From Hemiscyllium ocellatum (lineage: Eukaryota): a stretch of DNA of 64,000 nt. This document shows positions 26,440-41,269 of this stretch, in pieces. The position numbers and the translations under genes are program-made. How positions within the stretch are numbered: position 1 is the stretch's first letter; every line of letters begins with the position of its first letter. The notes below the pieces were generated by a model. That model had not been told where the DNA came from. It ran no database searches and saw nothing but the letters and a program-made list of their open reading frames with translations. Location: the NCBI RefSeq assembly GCF_020745735.1, contig NC_083406.1, forward strand, positions 14,384,001 through 14,448,000. The letters are read 5' to 3'.

Positions 26440-28085
26440 ATAAAAATCTTTATTGCATACACCGTCACCAAAGCAGTTCAATTCTATGTAGTCTTTTCAT
26501 TTGTAGAACAGACAAACCCAAGGCATCTCTTACTTAAACAAAACAAAATTGTATGCATTTGAGGCACTGGGAGGATCCTATAATTGAACGGACTCCTATT
26601 TTACTTCAGTAGAAAGATCTAAGACAGTGGTCTTTGCCTTGGCTGCAGATTCATCAAGCTTTAGTGAGTCCCTCAGCACTGGCGCTAGGCCTCAGAATAT
26701 GCCATGCTGCAACTCTCAGTCAATGTCAACTCCTTGCTCTGGTAGACCAGTAAGTTTCAGGCAAATCCCAAAGAGAGCCTTTCATCGCATTGATAGTCCT
26801 CCAAGAGCAGATGGTATTTACCTCAGTGTCCATCCCAGGGAACAAATCATACAGCATAGAGTCCTGCGACACGGAGTTGCTCAGGACAAACCTGAACAAA
26901 AAGCACTGCATCTCTCTCAAGATTTCCTTTGTAAAGGCACATTCCAGCAGGAGACATGTGACAGTCTCATGCCCACCGTAGCTGTTTTGAGTGCAGAGTG
27001 CAGTGGCACAGAGTCAGGCATACTTGGAGGATCTCAGAGATAGTGCTCTTCTCACCACCAGACAAGCAATATCTTGGTGCTTGTTAGAATGCTCTAGTGA
27101 TGATAAATTCTTCTAAATGACTGACAGGCTGCTCAGACAACAAGCCGACAGGATCCACCCTCTTCTTTTCCTCCAGGGTCTCAAGGACAATACATGCTGA
27201 TCACTTCCTGATTGACTTGTGGTCAAGGGTGTTTCTCTTTGCAAGTTTATTCAGAAAAGACAGATAATACGGAACAGTCCAACTACAGACAGTACCGTGG
27301 CACCGAAGCCAGTCTCATCCTCTGCAACACCAGGGACAAGTAGAACCTTAGGACGTAGTGATACCTGATGTTTGCGTACCTAGGATCTACACACAGCCAC
27401 ACACAAAGCTGGTCATCAGAACGGGGCACATTCTTCCCCACTCCCTCTTATCGAGAGCTTTGTATATAGCGCCCCTACAGATGTGGTCCATCTTAGACCT
27501 CCAGCTGAAGTTGAGTGCTGAAGGTGACTGTAACGGTGCAGGTTCAAGGAATGGGCCAAACCTACGCCACATACAACAATAGAGTGTACCTCATACCTCA
27601 TGACTAGGCTTTTCCTGCAATGGAGAGTGAATGGTCCTCCCAAAAGCCCAGTTTCTGCTTCACCTTAGTGATATCATCCTCCCAAGCTTTTGCGCACATC
27701 CCAGCCCCTCTGAGCCATATTCTCAGCACTTTCAGCTAATCTGGGGTGACAATGATGGGAATAAGGATTGGTTGGCCGAGTTCCCAAAGAATGTGGCCCC
27801 TTCTTGTCTCAATTTATCTTGGCTCTCAAGGCCAGTTCGAACTGGTCACAGTTGCTCATGAATCTGCACACTGGCAGAGGATCAGAGCAGAAAACAGTGA
27901 CATCATCCATGTACAGGGTGGCTTTGACCTGCAAGCCTCCGCTGCCTGGAATAGTCACGCCTCTCAGACTCACATCCTTCCTGATGGACTCAGCGATAGG
28001 CTCTATATAACATATGAACAAGGGTAGCCCTGCCTCACTCCAGATCTGATCGGAAAGCTTTCTAATTCCCACCTATTGATCGAGA
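26440..28085 (-). mobile_element. 5'-truncated Tx1/L1-clade LINE ORF2 remnant
   Basis: RT LYMDDVTVF..FELALRAKIN; C-terminal CCHC-like ETVT.LLLECAF; AATAAA at 3' end. Confidence 0.8.
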
Positions 28086-28749
28086 ATGCTTTGTGCCCCC
28101 TACATAATGGGCTTAAATCATCTTAACTTTGCTACTCAAGGCAAGTCCTGTTTATACTTCAATCCTTTGTTTACTGATTTAGATTGGCTACAAGTCCTGC
28201 AACTCCTCAATTTTAAAATTATTCTCTTTGTCCAAACTGTCTTTCCCAGCCCTCATCCTTGTAATTTCCTCCTTCAAGAGCTCTGCACACCTCCAATTCT
28301 GACTTCTTGCACATCTTCCAATTTTAATTGCTCCACCACTGACAGACAAACCTTCAGCTTTATGAGCCTAGAACTTTGTCCTTCATTCTCTTTATCTCTT
28401 AAAGCCCACTCTCTCACCACACATTAGGTCACTGTCATTTTATTTCCTTGTGGCTCAGTGTCAAATTTTGTCTGACAATGCTCCAGTGAAGTATCTTGGA
28501 ATGTTTATTACAATAAAAGTAAAGCATAAATGCAAAGTGTTGGCTGACTAATCAATCTTCGTACCATCAAGTGAAGTGGCATGCGTATTACTTTTGTATT
28601 CACACAGGAAAATTAAACATTCTGTATTCAAGTGAAATCCATTGTATAGCTGCTATTTTTGACAGTATAATTTTATTCCAAATCAACTTGATGTGCATCC
28701 AATAGCTTTAGTGGCCTTCTCTGCTGCTTGTGAAGACCAAACCCAATTA

Positions 28750-29625
28750 GAGTCATGGAGTCATAGAGATGTACAGCATGAAAACAGACCCTTCGGTCCA
28801 ACCCTTTCATGCCAACCAGATATCTCAACCCAATCTAGTCCCACCTGCCACCACCCGGCCCATATCTCTCCAAACCCTTCCTATTCATAAACCCATCCAA
28901 ATGCCTTTTAAATGTTACAATTGTACCAGCCTCCACCACTTCCTCTGGCAGCTCATTCCATACACGTACTACCCTCTGTGTGAAAAAGTTGCCCCGTAGG
29001 TCTCTTTTATATCTTTTCCCTCTCACCCTAAACCTATGCCCTCTTGTCTGGACTCCCCCACCCCAGGGAAAAGACTTTGTCTATTTATCATATCTATGCC
29101 CCTCATAATTTTGTAAACCTCTATAAGATCACCCCTCAGCCTCCAATGCTCCAGGGAAAACAGCCCCAGCCTGTTCAGCCTCTCCCAGTAGCTCAGAATC
29201 TCCAACTCTGGCAACATCCTTGTAAATCTTTTCTGAACCCTTTCGAGTTTCACAATACCTTTCCAATAGAAAAGAGTCTAGAATTGTACGAAATATTCCA
29301 ACAGTGGCCTAACCAATGTCCCGTACAGCCACAACATGACCTCCTGTACTCAATACTCTGACCAATAAAGGAAAGCATACCAAATGCCTTCTTCACAATC
29401 CTATCTAGCTGCGACTCCACTTTCAAGGAACTGTGAACCTGCACTCCATGTTCTCTTTGTTCAGCAACATTCCCTAGGACCTTATCATTAAGTGTGTAAG
29501 TCCTGCTAAGATTTGCTTTCCCAAAATGCAGCACCTCGCATTTATCTGAATTAACAAATAAGATTTATCTTGGCTCTCAAGGCCAGTTCGAACTGCCACT
29601 TCTCAACCCATTGGCCCACCTGGTA
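28750..29625 (-). mobile_element. CR1 LINE 3' portion
   Basis: KLERVQKRFTRMLP..LFSLEHWRLRGDLIEVYKIM..FFTQRVVRVWNELP. Confidence 0.9.
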
Positions 29626-32249
29626 ATGATCTCATATTAACTGTGAGTAACTGTAACCAGTTTCGGTAACACCATGTGACCAGACAAACAGTAAGACTTG
29701 GGCTGTGGGAATAAGAAATATCTTACAGGAAAAATACCTGATGAATTATTAAAAATTAAACAGAACATTTCAGGTTATTTGCATTTCAGAGCTGGCCTTG
29801 TTACTTCATACATCTCATTTAATATCGCAAAGGAAATTTATTTTATTTCTTCAGATAAACTCTGGATTCACTGTTTCAACGTAGCAAATGTTGCACAAAG
29901 GGAAATTAAAGTACCGAGGTCTCAGCTACATGTCAGGCATTCTGCATGTTGCACACGCTGCTTCTTAACATTAACTTGTGAATAAACACAGGAAAAAAAG
30001 GGCTCATCTATTATTTAAAGTAGAACATGATGCAGCTACTGAGGGACAAGCACTCACTTAAATCAAAAGAAGAACAGCAATAAAACGCAAATTGCAGTTT
30101 GGCATCAAGAGTTGGGACAACTCTACCAACTACAATATTCAGTAATAGGTAAAGACTGCAGAGATGGCATGTGAATGTTGGATGGAAGAGAGCTCAGACT
30201 CAAATCAATAACATCTGTTGCACATAGTAAATGAGTGGCACTTGTCTCATCTCCATTTACCTCAGTGTTAAAATGCACTGATGATCAGCTTGAGGGAGGA
30301 CTCCCCAGAGTACTGTTTTATAAGACAAGGACAGAGTCAGGTCTCCATGAACTATTATTCACAGTGCATTTATTAAAATATAGATCAAGCAAAAAAAAGT
30401 CAAAGCATTCATAATTAAAATTATTATTTAATTATTAAAGAAGTATCATATCCAAGATTAACATGAAACTTGCAGTGAGCTCAAAGTCACATAAATCTAT
30501 CACTGTGCAAGAACTGTTGAAATTATCACATGCCCATTTTACATGACGAAAATAACTCAGAGCAAAGGTAGACCACTTGACCCTTCAGGCCTACTTCACT
30601 GTTCAATAAGATCATGCGTGATCCCATTGTGGCTTCAAACATACTTCCCCATTTGTCTCCTCGTCAGTGTCAACTTCCTATCTTACCTGGACCTGAATAT
30701 ATTCAATGCTCTCTATTCCACAAAATAATGACTTGCCGAGGGAAGAAATTTTTCTTCATCACAGTTTAAAAAGTGATTCCTAATTTTTATACAGTGTTCC
30801 CTCATTGTAGACTTCTCCACCTCCAGAGCCCTCTTATCAACTATCTAGTGAGATAATTGCTGAAGGGGCCTACTCCTGCTCTTGATTCATCAGCTTATTT
30901 GTTAATAACATATTTCCTTTCTATTCTTCCTGCCCGAGTGGAAAAGTTCATGTTTCAACAATATACTCAGCAAATGTTTGGCACTTGACTGATCTACTTC
31001 CTGTTACGAAATCATTATGTCGCCTTTGCAATTTAATTACTTGCCCACCTTTGTGTCAGAAACAAAATTAATGACATACATTGGGTCCTTTCATCCATGT
31101 CATTGACATTGATATCGATAGTTGAGGTCAAAGAGTCGAGGCTGGTATCAGTTCACTTGTAATTGTTTATCCAATCCAAAAATGATCCAATTGTCCTTAT
31201 TTTATATTTCCTGATGGATAACTAGTCCTCTATCCATGCTAATTTATTACATCCAGAATCTTCAGAAAATCTACCAGTTTTCAGCATTGTAGTGTCATGA
31301 ATAGATATGAATAGGAAATAATATGGATCATTCACATTGCACTCAGTCAGAGCTGGTGCAGTTTTCCAATCCAATCGCCTCAGCCACTCCTCACTCTTCA
31401 AATGGTTAACATCCAGGCTTGGGCATATAAGTGGCATGTAACATTTGCACTACACAAGTGTCAGGCAATGACCATTTCAAACAAGAAAGAATACAACTCA
31501 TAACAAGGACAGCATATGCAACGGAAGACTATCATCGGCAAGTTCCTCTCCAAGGCATACCATTCTGCTTTGGATATAAATCCACCATTCCTTCATTGTT
31601 CCTGAGTTGAAATTACAGAACTCTCATCTCTGGACTTTGATGGTTCAAGGTGGCTCACCACCACTTTTGAAGGCAATTGAGAATGGGCAATAAAAGGTGA
31701 CCACACCAGTAATACCCAAATCCCATGAATTAAAAACGAATCTCATTCTCTCACTTCCCTGCCAGCCCCTCACCTTTCCAGCCTGACCTCCATGCCTCCA
31801 GCCTTTACTTATCTACTCTCAAACTCCACTGCCTGTGGAGTAATGGTGGTGGTTGGGTGGAGGGGCAATTTAAAATTTGCCAAAACTTGAACAGAAATCT
31901 CAAGTCTACGGTTATCACAAAAGTTAATTCACGTGAAATGTTTATTTTGTTTCTTGCTCAATATTCCAGCATTTTCAAATTTGATTTCAAATTCACTGCA
32001 TCCACAGCAATTTGCTTGAGTCTAAGTATATGAGGCTGTTCAATTTAGATCCAACAAGGACGAACCAGAATATTCTCTTTAGTGAGAAACCAGGAACCCC
32101 AGAGTACCGTGGTAATTTTTCACTTATAATTCCAAATGTGTCTTCGAAGAGGGCTGACGCAGCCAAAAATGGATGTAAGTTAAGTGGGTGCCTGAGGAGA
32201 GAATCTCACAGAGCTTCATACCTACAGATGTTTAGGGAACATCAATCAA

Positions 32250-34320
32250 CCCCTTCAAAGTGGGAGAGGGGGTACTGGAGGAGTGTGATCTCTTGTGACA
32301 AAAATAATATGTGTCTGACAACTAATGCTGGAAAAGTGATAATATAATTGAATTCCACACTAAATCAGTCTTGCTAGCAGAGTTATTTGCAATCTATAAC
32401 AATTATAAAGGCTGAATATGTAAAGGCTGAATATGTGGTAGATAAATTTATTGATGATACTCACACGGTTAGAAAAGTAAATTGTCAAGAGGAGGAAGGC
32501 AGTCTGCAAAATGTAAGTGAGTGAACAAAAAGTTAGCAGAGCTATGACTATAATGTGGGAAAATGTGGACTTGTTCACTATGGCAGAAAGCATAGAAAGA
32601 CAGCATATTTCAATACAGACACATTGCAGATCACTGGGATACAGAGGGATCTGGGAATGCTGGTACATGAATAGCAAGCAGGCACAATCATTGATTGGGA
32701 AGGCACATAGTATGTTCTGTTGTCCCTCACAACGTCATCCCATGCTGTGCTGCCCATGCTGTTAATCACCTAAAGGCCAATTCACTCAACACTGTGTGCT
32801 TGCGGACTAATACTGACTCCCAATTAAACAATGCCATACCTGAAAAATTCTCATCCTGGTTTCCATATGTCTCCTCCAGCTTCAACTCTCCTACAGTCTA
32901 GTCTTAATCTCGATAAAATAACTGCACTCCTGCAATTCTGACTTTTACAGCATTCAATAGGTGAACAGCCCTTAGGGAGCCAGCATAGACAGGTAGGAAA
33001 ATGTGTTGTGAGGAGGATATAAGGAGGATGCAGATAGGTAGATAGAATCAGAGTCATACAGCACAGAAACAGACCCTTCAGTTCAATTCATCCATGCCAA
33101 ACAGGTTTCCCAAATGAATCTAGTCTCATTTACCTGCATTTGGCCCATATCCCTCTAAACCTTTCCTATTCATGTACCTGTCCAAATGTCTTTTAAATGT
33201 TGTAACTGTACCTGTATCTAACCGTTCTTCTGACAGTTCGTTCCATATATGAACTAACCTCTGTGTGAAAAGGTTGCCCCTCAGCTCCCTTTTAAATCTT
33301 TCTCCTCTCATCTTAAAATTATGCCCTCTAGTTTCGAACTCCCCCATCCTAGGGAAAAGACCTTTGCTATTCACCTTATCTATGCCCCTCATGATTTTAT
33401 AAACCTCTGTAAAGGTCACTGCTCAACCTCCTACGTTCCAGCCAATCCAGCCTCCCATTATAACCCAAACCATCAAATTGTGGTACTGTCCTTGTAAATC
33501 TTTTCTGCATCCTCTCCAATTTAATAATATCCTAATAGGAACAGATGTAGTATAAATTAGCAAACTGTGAAGTTGTTCAAATTGACAGGAAGAGTAAAAT
33601 AAAATACTTCAAATGAGGAATGATGGCAGAATTACAAAATGCAGAAGTATGTAGGTATTCTTTTGCATAAGTCACAAAAACTTAATATGCCAGTACAGTA
33701 AGGTATTAAGGTAGCTAATGGAATGCTATCCTTCATTAAAAGAGAAATTGAACCTAAAACTATGTTATGCTTCAGCTGTATAGAGCAATGTGATTCCACA
33801 TCTCTAACATTGTGTGCAATTTTCATCATCTTATTTAAGGAAGAATGTAAATACATTGGAGACAGTTCACATGAGGTTTACTAGACTGATACTCAAAATG
33901 AGCGAGTTGTCTTATGAGGAAAGATTGGAGAGACTGGGGTCATCTTCACTAGAGTACAGAAGAGTGAGGACTAATCACAAGATCCTGAACGATCATCGTC
34001 AAGACGGATGTGGAAAGGTGGTTCCTCCTGTATGAGAGAGTCCAGAACTAAGGGACCCGTTGAAAACTTAGGGGTCACCCTAATTAAGACAGCGATGAGG
34101 AGAGCTTCATTCTCTCAAAGAGTTGTGCAACTTTGGAACTCACTGCTTCAGAAGACAGTGGAGAATGGACCATCAAATACATTTAAGGCCAAGGCAGCTA
34201 GATTCTGGTTGGGCAAGGGAATTATCTTGGGGAGTTAGGATGTGAAATTCCAAGTACAAAGTGATATATCATGATTTTAGTGAATGGCACGCAGGCTTGA
34301 GGGACTAAATGGCTTTCTTC
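32250..34320. mobile_element. Cluster of CR1 fragments (+), with a younger CR1 3' end nested at ~33045-33530 (-)
   Basis: CR1 C-terminal motifs in ORFs 33126-33419, 33814-34035 and 34008-34238. Confidence 0.7.
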
Positions 34321-37300
34321 TACTGTCAGGCCTCACTATGGTAGTGTGCTGAAAATCAAGACCCATTATTTCTGCAGTCACCATAAATGTGAAAATTTGA
34401 TGAAACCACTAAATTGCCCAATTCTACCTAACTATTTTGTTTCAGGTTAAAACCAGTTTTATTTTACTAAACAACAAAAAAAATGGTCAAACTGTTTTTT
34501 AAACCACAGTTGAATTGCTAGTCCATAACTTAAACTCTACCCATGTCTTAAAATTCCAGTCACAAAGAGAAAACACATAAATGAGATGAGAGGCTTTGTT
34601 TTATGAAGAGAGATTGAATAGTTTAGGTCCGTGCTCATCTACAGAGAAAAATGAGAGGGGATCTTGAGGTATACAAGATACCAAAAGGGACGAACAAGAA
34701 ATTAGAAAGGATGTTTCCTTCTCGAGGGCAATCTAGAATGAAAGGTCATAGTTTTAGGATAAGTGTGAGCAGATTTCTTTCAAAAGTGTCATGAATCTGT
34801 GACATCCACTTGAGGAAGAGATGGGAAGTTTTTTTCATTAGTCATGGGTTGAAGATGGAGAATAGGCAGGACCATGGAGTTGTGGCTGAGATGAGATCAG
34901 CCATTATCGTATCAAATAGCAGAACAGGCTCCAGCAGCTGAATTATCTGCTCCTGTTGCTAATTCTTAACATCTAAATATTGTGGGTAGAGAGAGAGAAG
35001 AAAAAAGTCAGAGAAGCACAGTTCTGGCACCAGTCTGGATCGTTGCTTTGTTTTGACTTTCTTTCAGCTGCTGATTGTTTGGTAATGATGTAAGGTGTGG
35101 TCTGACTTTCATTCACTGGCTGAGGATTGATCTCTCAGTGCCTCTGGAGGCAGTTTATTCTCTTTTCCTTTCAACAGGGGATTCACAGGAAGAATAACTT
35201 ACAGAGAAAAGGGGAGGAAAATAGCTAGATACTCGCAATTTTCTTTTTAATTCTCCACAAAGGTGGAAAGAGAAAGATGTATGTTTCTCTTTATAATCTC
35301 GGTGCTTCTGTTATACTGTCTACATCCAAGGCTGTAGCCCTTGTCCAAGAATCAATCAAATGGCTATTATTATGCTGTGCTGAACTATCCTGAACCTACA
35401 GTAACTGGTCCCCATTGAAAGGCAATTGAAAGACTGTCTCTGGACAAAGTTGCTCCGAACACACATATAAAATGCCCACTCTGTCTAGAATGCTCCATCA
35501 CTGCTTAAAAAAAAGCAACATTGTGCTCCAGTAGCCTATTTTTAAAACTACAAATATCTTGTCACACAGTTTTCTTGATTTAAAGCAGTACCATCTCTCA
35601 TTTTTAGCCAACAGTCCAAAAAAATAAAGTGGCCTTTACATTGCTCTTAATTTGTGTGTTCATTGAATTGACCAGTTGGCTTCCATCTGTGTTGTAATTA
35701 TTCTATTGATTGTTGTGCTTTCAGTTGCCAAGGTCCTAAACCCTGGCCATGCTCCCTTAAATCTCGCTGCTTCCCTTAAGATGTTCCTTAAAGTACAAAT
35801 CACTGATCTATATTCAGGTTACTGGCTTCATTTATCTTCTTACATGGTTCACAATTCAATATTATTCGATAATGTTCCTGTGAAGCATGATGGGATGTTT
35901 TAACACATCACGGATGCTTTAAAATAATTAATTAATTAGATTTATTGTCACATGTACTCAAATGAGCACTGTGAAAAGTTTATAAGTTGCTGTCTTGGAG
36001 ATTTATATCCTCGCTCAGGCATCCTGCTGTTTTCCTATTTATGTTAGAGAGCCCTTAATCCAAGATACAAAGCAGTTTGATTATAACCCTTAATTTTCTA
36101 ATATGTCTAAATATACCATATACAAATAATTAGAAGTTTACTGTGGTAGACTGCTATTAATGTAGCATTTAGAGTATTTGTCAACATTTAGAGGATGGAA
36201 AGTAACCCAAGATTTCTACAACAATGTAATTTAGGAAATGGAGATTGCAACAAGCAATACTGATTGGTAACATACAATGCAAATGTGAAACCAACTGTTT
36301 AAGGGACCAATTCTAAGGCTAAGTTATGCTTCTCATTAGTTCAACAGAGATGTCGCGTTGCAAAGATAAGAATAATAACAAATTATTTCTCCTAATCTAT
36401 TGATTTCAAAATACTGTGAAATATGTCTTCGGCCATAATAAATCAGCCATTTATTTTACAACAATTTCAATTTTCTTTTCATTGAATTTCACTGTATATT
36501 TTGGCTCAAAATGAATTTCACCTACCTTATGCCTAGTGTCTTTGGCACAGCTCATTCCATAGCCTAATACAACTATATGAAATGAAGGGCCACCTGTTGA
36601 ACGAATTGGCTATTTAATTGGTAATTTCATGCAACATAACACCAAGCCACTTCCATTTCTTCACTAGTAGAAACAGTCATTACTCCCTTCCCCCAATAAA
36701 GCATTCAAATTCCAAAGTGAAATGTGGGAAATACCAAAGCATTCCAAAAATTCTGATTCGCTGGTTTGAGCCACCATCTGCTCCCCCGAAGCAAAACGTT
36801 ACAGTTGAGATTAAAGATTATTATGCAAAAATCTCCAATAATCAAACTATTTCTGCAAAAAATACTTTTGGTGCAGATCACTAGAAGGCAAATTTGTATC
36901 TAGAACACTCTTGTTTTAGCTAGATTAGGGAGATTAGAGAGTGTTTCTATGTAACTGATGATTATGTTTGCAGGAAGTGTGTTCGGTTGCAAATCCAATC
37001 GGATTGCATGCATCGGTTACAAGTCCAGTTAGAAGCAGTGACGAATTTACAGGAGCTGGGGGGTGATGGATGGCAGTTGCAGAGATGGAGATAAACTGAA
37101 GGTACAATCAAGTAGATGGGTGACCTCCAGGAAAGGTAGGAGCGGTAGGCAGGTAGTGCAGGAGCATCCTGTGGCTATCCCCATTTCAATAAGTATATTT
37201 TAGAAAAGGTAGGGGGTGATGGACTTTCAGGAAAATGTAGCACGGACAGCCAGGTTTCTGGTACCAAAATCAGCTCTAATGAGGGATACGCCAGGTTCCA

Positions 37301-37325
37301 AGCGATCAACTGTGATAATGGACTA

Positions 37326-37440
37326 GGCAGATGCTGGAGTCAAGATTAGAGTGGTAGTGGAAAAGCACAGCAGGTCAGGCTGCATCTGAGGAGCAGCAAA
37401 ATCGACGTTTTGGGTAAAAGCCCTTCATCAGGACACTGGC
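37326..37440 (-). mobile_element. Short PLE pLTR with hammerhead motif (G12A) at ~37400-37436
   Basis: CUGAUGA-A-GGG/CUUUUA/CCC-aAAA-C-GUC on - strand; same family as 18721-18871. Confidence 0.7.
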
Positions 37441-37844
37441 CTCTAGTCAGAGGCTCAGACAGACGATTCTGCAGCCAACAGATAAACATCACAATGATGT
37501 GTAGCCTCCCTAGATCTATGATCAAAGATATCTCAGAGAAGGTGCAGAATATTCTCAAAGGGGAGAGGAACCAGCAGGAGGTAATTGTACACATTGGAAT
37601 TAATGGCATAGGACGAGAAAAGGATGATATTCTGAGGAGACAACATAGGAAATTAGGCAGAAATTTAAAAACTAGGTCCTCGAGTGTAGTAATATCTGGA
37701 TTATTCTTAGTGCCACAAGTTTTGTGGCTGGGAATACAAGGATGGAGCAGATGAATATGTGGCTGATATGATGAATACTGGTGCAATGAAGGATTCACAC
37801 TTCTGGATCACTGAAATGTCTTCTAGGGTAGAAGTGATTTTTTT

Positions 37845-38180
37845 TTAAGAATCCCTACAATGTGGAAACAAGCCCTTCGGCCCAACATGTCTGCAGCAAC
37901 CATCCAAAGAGTAACCCACCCAGACCAATTCCCCTACTACTCTACATTTACCCCAGACTATTGTACCTAACCTACACATCCCTGAACACTATGGGCAATT
38001 CAGCATAGCCAATTCATAACCTGCACATCTTTGGACTGTGGGAGGAAACCGAAGTACCCAGAGGAAACCCACGTAGACAAGGGGAGAATGTACAAACTCA
38101 ACACAGACTGTTGCCTGAGGCTGGAATCAAACCCAGGTCCCTGGTGCTGTGAGGCAGCAGTGCTAACCACTGAGCAAACC
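37845..38180 (-). mobile_element. HE1-type SINE
   Basis: tRNA-derived head GCTCAGTGGTTAGCACTGCTGCCTCACAGC and V-domain. Confidence 0.85.
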
Positions 38181-39599
38181 GTGATCTGTATAAGAAGGAC
38201 AAACTGCACTTGAATTGGAAAGGGACTGGTATCCTGGCAGGGAGATTTCCTACAGCTACTTGAGAGGATTGAGTTTTTTTTGGGGGGGGGTGGTGTCGGG
38301 CAGGGGGGGAACAAGAACACCCAGGGACATAGTGAGGAAAGAGGTCAGTCTGATCCTGGTACAATTGGGAAAAGAAGCATGTCAAACAGGTAGGGCAGTC
38401 AGGGAAAAAAACAAAGAGTGAGGTCAGACTGGTAAATTAAACTGCACTTAGTTCATTGCAAGAGGCCTAACAGATGAACTCAGGGCATGATTACAAACAC
38501 AGGACTGGCATATCATAATAATTACAGAGACATGGCTCAGGAATAGATAGGACTAGCAGCTGAATGTTCCAGGTAATAGATGCTATAGGAAGGATTGAAA
38601 AGGGGGCAAAAGAGGAAGAGTGGCATTTTTGATTAGGGATAACATTGCAGCTGTATTCAAGAAGGCTATTCCTGGGAATACATCCAAGGAAGTTATTTGA
38701 AAATAAGAAAAGGATGATCACTTTACTGGAGTTAAACTGTAGACACCCCCCTCCCCATCCCCCCACCCCTACAATTCCCCTTTTTGCTTGGCTGCAGCCT
38801 ACAAAATACAGATTCCACACCTCTTCACCGCTTATACCTCCTGATTACATTTTAATTGTCTCTCATGAATCTGTTGAGCATCATTGCTTACTCAAGCCAG
38901 AAAAGGAGGATGGGTCCTGCTTCATATATTAGATTTTGTTTTAATCAACAATGGTCTGATCTTGCTATTACTCAGATATGCCAGAATTCACCTTGTAAAA
39001 ATTACCCCAGAATCGTAGATAGCTTGACAATCAAAGATGTAGGGTCATAGAATTACTCTGCCCCTCGCACTTTGCCTCTGGATTTCTAATATGGTGTCTA
39101 TTTTTAGACAAGCGTTGAATGAGATTTGCGGGAGTGGTTCCCAAACAGAAGATCAGTGAGTAATTATTGAGAAGTGCCGAATAATAACAACATTATTGAC
39201 AATCCTTTCCATCATTTCTGGTAATGGAGCATATGCTGAAAGGGCAATAATGGAGTAGATTAGATTTGTCTTGTTTTTCCCATGGACTAGACCCATCTAG
39301 GAAAATTTCTTTGTCTCAGTTTTGTGGGGTTGATGCCTGGGCTTTCACCACTCTGGAACAAGCTGACTTGGAAGCATGGCTGCGAAGAGAACACATCTTC
39401 AGTACTAAGTCCTATTGACTACTTTGAAAAATGTTCTCTCCATTTCTCATTTGTATGATCTGCTGACTTATTATATTTTGTCTTGTAAAGATGGATCGCC
39501 TGTTGATCAGTTAACAAACTGAATTTATTACCATACAATATTTTTGGAACTTAGTCGCACCGTATATGTTCAAGGACTACGATGACTACTTTTATATGA

Positions 39600-40510
39600 T
39601 ATCTAATCATATATATGACCTTCCCTCCATACCAAGGTCAGAAGAGGGGATGCTTGCTGATGATAGCACAACATTCAGCAGCATTCACATCTCCTCAGAT
39701 ATTGAAGTGGTTCATGCCCAAATGAAGCAAGATCTGAACAGTATCCAGGTTTGAGCTGACAAGTGACATTTGTGCCACAAACTATAAAGCAATCATCATT
39801 TCCAGTAAGGGAGAAACTAACTATTGCCCCTTAACATTCAATAGTATTAACGTTCCGCAAAAACCCACTATCAATAATCTGAGGATTACTACTAATTCAG
39901 AAACTGAACTGGACTCCCCCTATATGACATGTGCAATTAGTAACTAAGTTCCCACCTTCTCTAAGTCCACCACTTCCAAGGCACAAGCCAGAAGCAACAT
40001 TCTAAATTACACAGCTATATAGTTACACAGGGCATACTAACTGATAGGCCTATGAACGGCTTCCACTTGACACCACCTAGGATAAAGTAACACATTCGAT
40101 AGGCACCACATCCACAAATAATCACTCACACCACCATTCTGCACCAGCACTGCATGTCATCTGCAAGATTCACCATAGGAATTCACCCAGGAATTCATTA
40201 CACAGCACCTTCCAAACCGATGATTACTCTAATCTAGAAGAACAAGGGCGGCAAATACATGGGAACACCACCACCTGCAAGTTTCCCTCCAATCCACTCA
40301 CCATCCGGACTTGGAAATATATTGCTATTTATTCACTGTCACTGGGACAAATTCTTAGAAGTACCCGCTAACAGCTTTGCAGGTCTACCTACAGCACATG
40401 GACTGTAACAGTTCAAGAAGGCAGCTCAATGCCACCTTCTCAAGGTAAACTAGGGATGGGCCACAAATACCGGCCCAGCTAGCATCACTTAATCCTATGA
40501 ATGAACACAA
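39600..40510 (+). mobile_element. Zenon-like LINE 3' portion
   Basis: MLADDSTTF (RT xADD); same 3' UTR as 18887-19195. Confidence 0.7.
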
Positions 40511-41269
40511 ATGACACTTTTTCAACTTTTAAGCAATATTCCTCTGACTGTGTTAGCATACATTAAGCATATGCTACCTGTTTTTTCCCATGATCTTTCA
40601 TTATTTGAGATAGCATCACCTAACCCTTGTGGTGAGACATCACACAGTGAAACCAATTGTTCCTTAGGATCACAGGCAAACACAAGAGCATTACGAGCCA
40701 GTACTGTCTGCACACACTTTCTAACATTCCACACAATATTCTCAACCTATTCCAACTTTGAACAGTTGATACAATGCAGCAAATGTACTCGTTCTCACCT
40801 TTGGTTTAAAATCCTCCCAACCTTCTCTTGCTGTCATTGGATACCTTCACCATCCATTTGGTGACCAAGGCATATCACACCTACCTGTACAATGGATACA
40901 TATGTTTTATTTGTTTTGCTGACATTCACAAAGTCAGTCTCGGATTTTGTTCAATCTTACTATAAGCTCTTTGTCTATCTTTATCCTTCTAATGAGGAAG
41001 TTGTCTAAGAAAAAGCACACATCTTTTATCACTTCGCATCTGATCCATGAAAACATGAAAGATTGCAAGAGTAATGGGCACCTTGATGAGTAACCTCTCA
41101 TATTGGTATAGCCCTTTATGAATGAAAATTAGTTTCATGCTTGTCATTTAATTCTAACTGCAAATGTCATTTGACAATTTTATCTAACTATTAACAACAT
41201 TTCTATTACCTAAATTTAAAAACCCTTGACAAGTAGGTGGGATTTGACACCACACATTCCTTGTAACTT

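Larger units (their letters stand above)
36870..38740 (+). mobile_element. CR1 LINE 5' part (ORF1 SGNH esterase, start of ORF2 endonuclease) with nested PLE and SINE
   Basis: LVRGSDRRFC..VIVHIGINGIG..VVISGL; ITETW endonuclease motif at ~38520. Confidence 0.75.

Noticed and set aside
34325-35570. Possible solo LTRs here and at ~12790-13560 and ~44330-45020
   Set aside because: LTR-like composition, but termini and TSDs could not be fixed by eye.
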